Both the position numbers and the translations under genes were made by a program. DNA of 63,991 bases, counting the filler, from Perkinsus olseni (taxonomy: Eukaryota), in the NCBI GenBank assembly GCA_013115125.1. It is 3 parts of 3 records of this genome, joined end to end, with 100 filler letters (N's around TTAATTAATTAA, not from the genome) between each part and the next. Parts side by side here need not be neighbours in the genome. Positions count along the whole stretch, not along the records: positions 22,891 to 45,645 come from JABANN010000531.1; 2 more parts are not named here. One strand, written 5' to 3'. The notes under the pieces are model-generated. The model searched no databases. It worked only from the letters and a program-made list of their open reading frames with translations, and was not told the DNA's origin. This document shows positions 26,657 to 37,200 of this stretch, in pieces. Numbering within the stretch: the first letter of the stretch is position 1; the number at the start of each line of letters is the position of its first letter.

Positions 26657-28794
26657 ATGTCTCTCACCTCCCTCCTTTGCGCAGCTCTCGTCGGCAGTGT
26701 TACCGGTCAAGGCACGGTCGTGGGCATCGAGCAGCAGAGAATACCATTTCGGAACGGAAGAAACAGAGCTACTTTCAGGTCTCAGATAGGTGCGTAAAAG
26801 AGTAGTAGTCATTTTGTCGAAGTTTTGCCTCTGTTTCCAGGTGATCTGAGGCACATTCAGACGCTCCAACTCGAACGCTCGGCCGGAGACGGGTTCAACT
26901 TCACCTCGATTATTGTGGCTGAGGATGGTTCGGAACTGCTCGCTGCCTCCAGTGACCAGGGAGGGTGAGTGCCAGCTGTTGTCCTCGCTTGGAGAAACTT
27001 CACCCTGCTCGGTGCTCGTTGTCAGACGTTTCGTTACCTTGGGCATTCAACCGACTCGTCGTGGGCGATATAATATTGGCACCGTAACAGAATATCCGCT
27101 GCTCGACTCTGATGGAAAGGAGTTCAAGATCCCCCGAAAGCGCGGCTTCAGGAATAGGATGAGTAAGCGGCTTGAAATTGCCTACGTTCTTCTCACCAGC
27201 TCTTTATATGGCAGGGCCCTGGCAAGGGCCCCCTGTTCTCTGTATCACAATGATCTTCCAGCTTTATCGCACGCTCGTTCGCATTCCTAGAGATAAGCTT
27301 GAGTGCTCACTCGCCGCTATTGTATTGAAGCGTATTAGTCTTACGGTACTATTTTAGGCTTGGCGGTCAACGGTACATATCGTTCCGGAGGCCGAGGAGA
27401 TCTTACTATAGCTTACGAAGGTAATCCTAGTTTCGTCCTGGAGAAGAGAGCTTCGAGGTGAGAGAAGAGGGCTGGGTCCATATGCTCCAGGTCCAGCATG
27501 GCAACTCTCGTCTTGTACTGGTCTACGATGGTCATCAGATTCCGTAGAGGCGTCGGGTCAAGGAGCACTCCCCTTGACGTTTCTACTATCCAAAATATCT
27601 GCGATGCAGTAGTTGAACCTGGAGTAACGATCGCTCGCCTGGGTAATGTGACAATACAACTTGGAGTCGTCAGTATGTGTATCTTCAGCGGAGAATGGAG
27701 ACCTACTCTTCACCTGCCTTCTAACGGACCTATTCTTGGGCGATGTCTCTGAACCTCCAGAGCAAATTCCCTTACCGATGGGGATATATACTGGATATAC
27801 TGTTCATGATTTCAGAGTTGAGGTAAAACTATCAGTCGCCTTCATAATGAAGGCTCCATTCAGTTCGGCATTGAAAATGCCGATCACCCTCGCCTTCTCC
27901 TCCGGAGGCTAAAGATCTTCTGAGGCCACACCGTTCGTTATGCAATTTTCAGATCGACGCTCATCAATTATCCCACGCTTTTGACTTCGTTGTACTCAGC
28001 TCGAGAATTTCAGGTCACCTCTGGGTACGATCCTATCGCTATGGCGCCGCTCAAGAATGGTGACATAATGATTGCCTTCGTTGCGTACACCAACCCCAGG
28101 AAACTAAGAATCAGTTATTTGACGTCTGAGCAGCTGCAAGAGGGTATTGATGATTATTTTAAAATTCTACGTCCAGTGGTCATAGCCGATATAGATCAGG
28201 CTGATGGGTAAGGCCGGTGACATCTGCTCGGCTCGCGTATGGTGCCATTGTCGCCGCTGGAGGCCCTCGCGACTACTTTCTCACATCAGCCGCGCGAATA
28301 AATTTCCTTTCACTCCGGCGAAGGATTGGATATGTCAATGTCGCCGCCAATGAGCTCCGTCCCATTGCTTGATTTTACTGTTCTTGCTGACTGATGGTGT
28401 GTTGGTAGGTACGAAATTGGTCATCAATCTGGGATTGCTGTGCGAGAAGACCGTGGACGGACATTCGTCTACAGCATGAGTGACGACTCGTTTGTAAGAA
28501 GCGCCAATAAGGATCATTGTCTCCTCGGAGGATCATTGTCAAACACTCACAATTTGGACTTCTTACTTCTCAGGCACCAGGGAAAACCTTGCTCACCACC
28601 TTTGAGTGGAGGCCCACCAGAAATCGTTAGCCATAAGTATGATCAACGTTGTACCGTCATCGTCGATCGTGTCTCAGTCTGATCGGCGATCAGTGATCGC
28701 TACGAAGCTGCAGTTGTTCGTAACAGCAATACATTGGCCAATCGATGAGCTACCATGGGTTTTGTATTATCTTCAGCACGTACGTTGCGTGTGA
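26657..28794 (+). CDS. secreted esterase-like phytase family (Phytase-like) beta-propeller protein (multi-exon)
   Basis: Signal peptide MSLTSLLCAALVGSVTG. Spliced motifs FNFTSIIVAEDGSELLAASSDQGG, GLAVNG...LTIAYE, MAPLKNGDIMIA, and GIAVREDRGRTFVYSMSDDSF...TKLQLF match the S-D-x-G / EGLA..E / EGIA...SDDNF...TxLxxF pattern of this family. Confidence 0.55.
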
Positions 28795-29146
28795 CTTAGT
28801 CACACAAAACTCGACTTGGTCGAACATCTTTTCGTGTCTTCTCATTTTTCATCATCACAACCACTCAGAACTGGTCGCTTGATGCGAGAGTCACTTGGTG
28901 ACTAACCTCCTCTCTGTAGCAGTCAGTGTTACAATTTTGGCTGAGGACAGTTCTTCAGTTGTCGAGTTCATTTGGCGGTCGGTCCGCTCCGTGTACATCA
29001 ACAGGTAGTAACTCACTAGTCATCTAAGCGGGCTAATTCATGTCACCGGGACGCCGACTCATCTCCCAAACGCTGTCAAGACGATGTATCTCGTTTAGTA
29101 AACATTGTGTGATACCACATTCTTCATAATTCATTGAACGCATTGA

Positions 29147-29219
29147 CCCGCAGCGGGAGAGTAAATCACCGGCGGTGATCTACTCTCCCGCTGCGGGATT
29201 CAGCGGTGATTCACCGCTG
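29147..29219. repeat. double hairpin (25-bp arms with 1-nt centre, then 9-bp arms with 1-nt centre)
   Basis: cccgcagcgggagagtaaatcaccg-g-cggtgatctactctcccgctgcggg (one mismatch) followed by cagcggtga-t-tcaccgctg. Confidence 0.9.
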
Positions 29220-29359
29220 GAGCAACCGTTGCTTTTGAATCTCGATGTCTGTTAACCGTTAGGGAACTCAAGTTAATGGTTTAATGGAATCCTTAGATTC
29301 TGCCAATAATAGTACTAATAAAGTCATCAACTGGCGTCAAGCTTAGAAAGTTTGACAAG

Positions 29360-29992
29360 CTAGCCCCTTCCCCTAGAGACGAAAGCAGGCAGAGGAAGTA
29401 ACATCTTGTGATGTCTCTTTCGCTTCAAAAAATAGAACGTGATTCGATGCAATCGATAGAAGCCGCTGGAAGAAGTACAACCACTTATAGGACACTCGCT
29501 TTGCTTAACATTGTTAGACTTGGCGGTACTATCAGAACGGAGCCAGTGAATGCGAGACACAGACGTCAACGACAGCTTATCCCTCCACTGGGAGAGTTCA
29601 AGAGATGCATCAGCAGCGAAAATTTCGCTGCGAAATGATGAGAATCAGTACTAATCTCGTGTGTAGCAACACAATACCACTCATGCTGGTAAATAGTATG
29701 AATAATAGGGTCAGCAGGGAAAACAAAGGTCGGTTTATCAGGTAGTGACAATGGCACTGAATCGAAATTAATACAGTCTCTACTCTTAGGATCCAGATCA
29801 TGATGATTTGATCATCTAGTGGGTAAGGTAGATCTTCTTCAACCTTATAAGCATCGAAGTCAATAACCTCTCTTTTCTCAGAACAAACTTTACAAGCATT
29901 AGTATCACTAATCGCACTACAGGAAGACTTACCAACACCACCACCGTCAGCTCCATCATCAGCACCATAGTTATTACATTCACTATCCTTGG
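29360..29992 (-). pseudogene. decayed ORF of unknown origin (possibly retroelement), broken by two 14-nt scars
   Basis: Removing the scars at 29615-29636 and 29795-29816 joins three reading frames into DSECNNYG...EEDLPYPLDDLDPKSRDCINFDSVPLSLP...HHFAADASLELSQWRDKLSLTSVSRIHWLRSD. Confidence 0.45.
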
Positions 29993-31265
29993 ATACCGCA
30001 CGTACAAAGTTTCCGAAGAATGTTTCTCGGAATTCTTCCGAAAATTTCCGAAAGTTTCTGAAATTTGCGAAAAACGGTATCTATGCCGTTTCAGATGCTC
30101 CCAGCCAGGTCCTCGGTGAGAGCCTCACGCGAAAACCGATAGGAATCCGGGACCGAAGGCTCCATTCGGAGCCGTAGGAACGAAGCCTGCGACTCTGGGC
30201 ATTCAGAGATCTTGCGAAAAGAAACTTTTCAGTCTTTCAAAGAAGACAGTGTCTTCAAGACACTCCGCAATGCTTCACGTACATGCTTTACATGTCTTGA
30301 CGTGACATATAGAGTCTAAGGAACGTATCTCACGCTTCGAGGAGCTGTGCATGATGATAAGGCAGGTCTCATGCGTTGAAACTCCCTCACCTTCGAAAAG
30401 TCCCTTCAGGAAACTTTATGCGAAAGTTTCCGCGGAAAGATTCTCAGGCACCCTATTCAGACACCCTCACTATGTTCATCCCATGTGTGCTGCAAGTATT
30501 CGACGGACTCGCCATTGGGTTACATCCAGCAAATTTGATTCTTGGTCGATTCTTCTGCGCCGAGTTCGACGTCTAATTCGATCTCGATCACAGATTCATC
30601 GTTCTGGAAAAACCCGACAAGCCAGTAGTTGAAGAGATAAAATCTCAACAGTGGTGGGAGAAGACTCGAATTCATCGCTGCCGAGGTTGCAAGGATGCAC
30701 CCCCAGCAGGTGACCCGCTCACGACTGATTTTGCCAATTTTCTGTGTATTATATTAGATTCTAATAATAAGAATAAATATCATATTCTTGCTCATGTGAC
30801 GATGGTGATGTTACTCTGCCAATGTCGTGTCGAGGAGTGTTCAATTATATTAACCAAAAAAACAGATGCTGGAGACCGGATATTTATGGACGTCGATCAT
30901 GGCGGATTGCCATAATGGCAGTGCCACTGAAGATTCAACACTGATCGTTACTCAGAATCTGAACGGTTTAATGGTCGTCAATGGTCACCTCAAATTTGAG
31001 TCTCGGATTGAAGGTGGTCTCGAATAAACTGCATACTACACCTTACACCAATGCCGAACCGACATTATCGATGACTTGCCTGTTCATGTTTAAGCGCGTT
31101 GGCACGTACTTATTCAAGTGGGTAGCCCTGCCTACTATTGGCACTCCTAATTGAATCATGTAAGTTGAATGCCGATTCATGATACATTGGAGCCTCGAGG
31201 TCCTTAGTGGATCGGGTCGATGCTCCAATGTGTCAAACTCTCCTCGTTACGAGGAATCAAGACCT

Positions 31266-31460
31266 TCAAGACACCTTTGCTCGACCAAGGCTGCAGCGGC
31301 TCATTCTTGAAAAAATCGGCGAGCTTAGTTGTTGACAAGGAGTTATCGTGAGAATTCCAAGGTACTTAGTCAACACAAATATCTTTGCCATTGAGAGACT
31401 TGGCTGAAGCAAGTGGAGTTCTAACCTCACCTGGCAGGGCGCCCCCCCCTGAGGCAAAGC
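31266..31460 (-). mobile_element. non-LTR (LINE-like) reverse transcriptase fragments
   Basis: RALPQGGA (cf. GxPQGxxLSP) followed by TKYLGIL (cf. KYLGI). The segment expected between them, including YADD, is missing. Confidence 0.35.
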
Positions 31461-31756
31461 TCTGCTACTGCTGACGAAAATGTCGTTCGGACGAGAATGT
31501 CACAGTAACATTGTCAACTCGCTCTTATCAGGATTCGCAGCTCGAGAGCTGCAGACACTGTCTGAGTCTCCCCTCGATGACGATGCCTTCAGAACGGTTT
31601 AGTACAGGCGCTTCAATACCAAGTAAAAAGAAGAGATAACTTTACCATATGATGGCAATGCTTTGAGTAATAGCGAAAAAATGAGTGGCCTGAGCCTGTC
31701 CACGACCTCAGGACTCCTGAGTTCGCCTCTCCTGAGTCAGGAGAGAAGATCACGCA

Positions 31757-32107
31757 TTAGTAGTTGTCGGGAATGGAGCCTTCGCCACAGAGCTTATTCA
31801 CCTCTTTGCGGAAGGAAGGAATGGTGAATGGGTCGACAGCATGCTTACCATCTGGGAAGAAGTCCTTCATAGGGACGGGGATTCTCGTCGAATAGGTGGT
31901 TTTAGAGGTGGAGAAGATAGTGCTGGACCCTCCAAGACTCTTGCTATCGCAGGTCAGTGTGATACTCACGTCAGGATAGGAGGCCTGAGTCATCCTCACC
32001 GAGACAGACCCCACATCAACCGTGAAGTCAAAAGCGTTATCAGTGGTATCACTCGCCCTCACGGCGATGACCAGAGCCGATACCGGTGACAGTAGAGTGA
32101 TGGTCAT
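31757..32107 (-). CDS. small putative secreted protein (possibly truncated or pseudogenised)
   Basis: From the ATG at 32107: MTITLLSPVSALVIAVRAS (signal-like) followed by a beta-rich segment ending ...FRKEVNKLCGEGSIPDNY. Confidence 0.4.
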   Translation of the reverse strand: MTITLLSPVSALVIAVRASDTTDNAFDFTVDVGSVSVRMTQASYPDVSITLTCDSKSLGGSSTIFSTSKTTYSTRIPVPMKDFFPDGKHAVDPFTIPSFRKEVNKLCGEGSIPDNY

Positions 32108-33408
32108 CCTTTTGAATGAAGCGATGTTTCGAAAAAAAATACCAAAAGCATTCAGCAATTGACAATCCACATCATAAGTCCGAGGAAAGGAAATTGCTGA
32201 GATGCGCAACTCCGTGCACAAGTGCAGTGGCAGTGCTGAGTCCCGTCCGAGAACGCACAAGATGGTCCCGCATTCGTTCCTAACAGGTATAGCGGGATCG
32301 ATTCAGAAGCCTGATCAGCCTTCGGCGAAGGGGGACAGTCCCGCTCCAACGACCTCCAAGGGACTCAGAGAAGCGTTCGTTGCAACGGTGGTGTGAGGGA
32401 GGTTGATCACCCTCCTTCTCGATCAAGAGCATCGCGCCCGGACAGCGAGGGGGGCAGCGGTGGGAGCAATCGAGGTCTATCCCGAGTTCTCAACTCGGCG
32501 AGACGTCGCTGCTGTCTCCGGCGCCGAGACTCTGGTCCACTCGAAAATCTAGACCCCGGCCACACTGGCCAAGACAGTATCCTGCAACTGTGAGACTGAG
32601 TTCACAGAGGGAGCTCGCTTATTCACATCTCTCACAGAGTTGTTTGAGTTAGATGAGCATCCCGGCCATCGAACGGTATTCTTGCGGACCTTACCCAATG
32701 TCATTGGGCCAATGAGTAAGATTCGAGTTCAATGGGTGATACCCATGCCATGCACGTCGTGCATTGCACGACCCTTCACTTAGGTGCCCCTGGCCGATGT
32801 ATTGCCAACAATGTGTAAGCGTCGATGATGGTTTGAAGTGAATTGTTGGGGCCACGTCTTACAAAACCTCTTGCCTGGATACGTGTGGCTCTAATGATCC
32901 ATCGAAAAACTTTTCGTTATCTCCTGCGATAGTCTGAACACACAAGCAGCCTGTCCCCAAGCGCTTGTAGCGTTCAATCGATGCAGCATATACTGGGTTA
33001 TGAGAATTGGTATCGTTGGAGATGCACCAGTTCATCGCGAAATGGCGTTAACCATGAAATGATTATCGCGAAAACCGCGAAGTGGTAATCGACCTTATCA
33101 CTTCCTGTTTGAGCAATGTTGAAAATCAACTTCGCCAAGACCTAACGCGGTCTTCGAGGTTAACCTTTTTTCTCGCGAAGTGAAATGCGTGATGTAGTTT
33201 TCGCCAGCGGTTTTCACTCCGCGGGCGCATCTCCATTGTTGTATCTACAAGTGCTTACTCCTTGCGAGTTCAACCTGGGAGGCATCAGTATCGCTTTCGC
33301 TGGGTTCTGAGTTAGAACTTCCAACACCCACGATTCGAATTCTCGGATTTTCGCTCCCCTTGTCTATTGACGCACTACTCGCCGCGCAAGTCTCATACCA
33401 CACCTCAG

Positions 33409-34773
33409 TCAAATCGCATGCTCATCTATCCAATCGACCAGCGACGAGCTCTCCGCTGTTGTTACCTTCCGCACGAACAGCGACCCATCTCTTATAGCCT
33501 GTTCAACGAAGGGCACTTCATTCTCAGTCAAAACATTTGTCTTGCCGCTAGCCTCACGCTTCACCCCCGAGAAGTGCGACTGAGCCGCGGGATTCCCCCG
33601 ATGTATTTCACCCGGCTTCAAAAAGTGTCGCACAATCGGACCGTACAGAACCTCGTCGGCCATCTTAGACAACCTTACATACGCCAGAATTTTTCGAAAA
33701 ACCGGATCGTCGAAAAACAGTTTTTCCACCGCTTCTCGACTGAAGACGCTGTTGAAGAGCGTATTGCATAGACAATACATGGCCTTCTCCTTCATAAACG
33801 GCGATGACCATCTCTTCCTCGTCAAGTTGAGTATCCCCAGCGGGGCTGCTCGGTCGTCATCACCAGCCGAGCATGGTATAACCACCTTCTGCCACCGCTT
33901 CTTCATAGCGTAATGATCGTGCATGCAGCACTCCCGAGGCACCCAGGTCTGCCCTTTAGTAGAGCTGAGCAGTTCGTGGAACCTCCCCATAGTGACTACT
34001 GGATAGTCGCGAGAAGTGAGCGTGACGAAGTGACTGTAATGCCTCCAATTCTTCGCTCGTCTCGCGAAGCCCATAACCGACCACATCTCGTTCAACACAG
34101 TACTCGTCGCCCACACTATCTTCCTGTGGGGCCTCACAATGCACAAGTCAGCTGGCACTGAGCCGAGTAACTCCTCCGTCACCCCATCCGCGTGCAACAC
34201 AATAGTGTTCATCGGATGCCTCAGTCGCTGCAGCACTCGCAGCAACATACTGAGATCGGTAAAGTACGTTATCAGTATAAACGCACGCTTGTCACTCTCG
34301 TCATTCAAAATAGCCCTGCAGTTCTCTTCGGTCACGAATAAAGGCTCTAGCGGTCGAGCCTTCTCCCAGTGGCAAAGTCCTTGCGCGTTCACCAGGTCCA
34401 AACTCAGCTCCCATCGTGCTTCAACCTCACATTCAGGATTCTTCAGCTCTGGCGGGAAGACGGCTCCTTCAAGGTACCTCTGCAGCTGACGATTGATCTC
34501 GTGCTGGTCCACCCCAGTCCAATCGCAATGTCGCATTTCTTCGTAGAAAAGGTTCCTGTGTCGGGTCATGTAGTTTGTGTATTTTCCTCGATCGAACTTT
34601 TCCCATGCAAAATACGGCGGCACGAAAACCTCCTTTACCCCGACCTGCGGCGTCTCGTAATTCCGTCCACCGACTGACACTAGCTGGTAGGCCTGGCGAG
34701 GCATTCCAGTCCAAAACCACAGACCTGCTGCGGCGAAGGCGAGTATAATTATTGAAGACCGTTTAGGGAACAT
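33409..34773 (-). CDS. glycosyltransferase family 14 (core-2/I-branching GlcNAc-transferase or xylosyltransferase-like), type II membrane, intronless
   Basis: N-terminal signal anchor SSIIILAFAAAGLWFW. GT14 motifs AFILITYFTD..LLRVLQRL..PMNTIVLHAD, IVWATSTVL, WRHYSHFVTLTSRDYPV, MADE and SLFVRKV. The ORF can extend upstream to 34866. Confidence 0.85.
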   Translation of the reverse strand: MFPKRSSIIILAFAAAGLWFWTGMPRQAYQLVSVGGRNYETPQVGVKEVFVPPYFAWEKFDRGKYTNYMTRHRNLFYEEMRHCDWTGVDQHEINRQLQRYLEGAVFPPELKNPECEVEARWELSLDLVNAQGLCHWEKARPLEPLFVTEENCRAILNDESDKRAFILITYFTDLSMLLRVLQRLRHPMNTIVLHADGVTEELLGSVPADLCIVRPHRKIVWATSTVLNEMWSVMGFARRAKNWRHYSHFVTLTSRDYPVVTMGRFHELLSSTKGQTWVPRECCMHDHYAMKKRWQKVVIPCSAGDDDRAAPLGILNLTRKRWSSPFMKEKAMYCLCNTLFNSVFSREAVEKLFFDDPVFRKILAYVRLSKMADEVLYGPIVRHFLKPGEIHRGNPAAQSHFSGVKREASGKTNVLTENEVPFVEQAIRDGSLFVRKVTTAESSSLVDWIDEHAI

Positions 34774-35954
34774 GAAGCGAGCAATAACAAGGAAGGGGTC
34801 CTGCAGCGAGTTCTGGCAGAGACCGACTAATTGGGAACGTAGCAGGCGACTTCTGCCATCTGGCATCCAGTCATTGATTCGCTGTCTTCTTGTGGATGAT
34901 CCACCACTTAGCGTCGGCGATGTTTCTGACGGAGCAAAATTGAAATATGCTTCTTACGGTCTCGCTCCGCTTTAACGGTTGCTGTGATTGTCATTAACCC
35001 CGATTGATACTCTAGTAACTCGAAGCATCCTTCCACAGCACTTAGAGAGGTACAATCGACCCGAGCAAGTTGAATGATGCGCTCGCACGGTGGGGTGAGT
35101 GCGGTGGTATATCTTGAAAAATTAGTTTGTTGTTTGTCGCTCTACTCACGATGGACCTGAGAAGCCCAGGCGAATAGCCTAGCGAATAGCGAAGGCGCGA
35201 AGGCGAGACTCATGAAAATGAGACATCTCGTAGCTCTCCATCTGCCCTGGTTGCCGAGTTACATGCAGGAGTATCCGACCGTAAGTTCCGTCGGACTCCG
35301 ACGTATTGAAGACAACGCGTTGTCACCATGATTGACCCACAGATATACAGCCTAGAGTGGTTCAGCGGGAATGCCTTGTGAGAACCACGGCTTTCATTCT
35401 AAGCAGTACAAACCTAGTTGTACTAGGCAATCATAACGTAGTTTATCCGTCAATCCCAGTTCGTATGACCCCGGCTTTTCCGTACAAAGAGCGACTCTGA
35501 TTCCTTTGTGGTCACAAGCACCACAGGAAAGGAGTTCAAGTTTTTCAAGATATATCGCCGCACTCACCCCACCGTGCGGTCGTCTGATAGCCCAAGTAAA
35601 AATAAAGCACTCCAAGAACGATGTGGTAGTTGGAGGGAATCTGCTCATGTTCTCTTTACTAGACGATGCCAGCTCCCCCTCTCACCTGAAGTTGCTGCCC
35701 TCAACTTTCACTCCCATCATACCAACTCGTCACGACCAGAAACGGCCAATCATCGGCTACCACAACTTCAAGCGGAGTAACGTTTCGTAATCGTACGCAA
35801 CCAAGGATATGCAATTCTCTACTCGAATGACAGTTATACCACAAAACTCCCAACTCGTCCGACTGACAACACAACTGCTCAGCCCCGCCAAGAGAGAGAA
35901 TAATAATACCAATATGAACAACCGAGGATAAAAGTATTTCCAACGATACGGACC

Positions 35955-36942
35955 TCAGCGACGGTAAAAAAGATACCTGACCCGCAAAAGATTCTCTCCA
36001 TCTAGTTAACCCCCCTTCCTCACATTAACATGAACATAGCCACTACGAAAAGGGCCAGGTATATCATGGACCGCCCGCTGCCGCTGTCCACCATACTCTG
36101 CAGCTTCGCCATGGTCCCCTTCAGCATCTGAAAAAACGGTTAGTCTAGTAATGGTAAAATTTGCGATCTCGCCGTTTTCATAAAAAAAATTATAAATTAT
36201 CAGCGATGACCGACGAGTGCCATCGGGCAACGCCCGTCTAAACTCTGCATTCCACACGGAAAAAGAAGACGAAAAAAACTTCATCAACTAATCGTCGGAC
36301 AATACCGGCATGATCTCATAACAAAATACTGTCACCCGACTGAACACCTTCCCCGGCCATCCACCGCAAGGCACGTCGCCGTACTACATTGCCAGCTTTA
36401 TCAAACTGTCCACCCATGCCGTTCAGTATATTGTTCGACTCGCGAGCCTCTCGACCTATGCCATGGGCCACTTCCTTTACAGCACGCACTCGGGCGTCCA
36501 ACTCGTCAAGATACTCATCATTCTGCTGCTCCAACACTTGGGCACTCGCCCCGCCCTGAACAACAAAGCGATGCCATTGAGAATAAGACTACGCTACGAG
36601 CAACAAGGAAACACCGTGAATAATGAAGCGAAGGCGCGAACAGAAAACGACGTGCAGAAGCCTGACTCACTCGAGGCTGCATCTCTCTGCTGCCAGAATA
36701 GCGGTTGCCGAATAACGCTGCCCGCTGGTCTACTTCAAACCTGAGGAGACAACCCTCGATAGATTCCCCCAACTCAACCGACGACATTCAACACAAATCC
36801 AACTACCTGTTATTTATACGCTCCCGCACATCATAAGACTTCCGCCCGCCCGACGACCCGTCCCCGGCCCGACCAGCGTAACCATCGCGACTCGACATTT
36901 TAGAAACGGAAAACAAACCTCCTGAGCCCACCTTCTATTCAT
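35955..36942 (-). CDS. BET1: BET1-like Qc-SNARE (5 exons)
   Basis: Spliced: MNRR|FEVDQRAALFGNRYSGSREMQPR|GGASAQVLEQQNDEYLDELDARVRAVKEVAHGIGREARESNNILNGMGGQFDKAGN|MLKGTMAKLQSMVDSGSGRSMIYLALFVVAMFML|MYLFYRR*. It has a SNARE heptad, a C-terminal TM helix and the RAALF N-terminal motif typical of Bet1. Confidence 0.8.
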
Positions 36943-37200
36943 CTGATCCTTCACACTGTATCCCTTGCGTTGCTCATGCCCGGACATTGCACAAAAACTG
37001 TCCCGCACTTGTCAAATTATTTCCAACACAACAGTCGAGTAACTCGCTACCGAAGCTCGATGTGAATGGCTGGTAATGGTAGCAGTGGTAAACGTAGCAA
37101 TAGATACAAAGGCCTCTCCGAAGGGACTTAGTCCCGACTAACGATGAGCAAAACGAAGAGGGAAGCCAAAGCGTAAACAACAACAACATTTTCCCAGCTT

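Noticed and set aside
26654-27046. 130-aa minus-strand ORF
   Set aside because: Overlaps the better-supported spliced plus-strand gene that has a signal peptide and family motifs.
29147-29197. Rho-independent terminator or miRNA-like hairpin
   Set aside because: Eukaryotic context, no U-tract, a 1-nt loop, and geometry matching the excision-scar rule.
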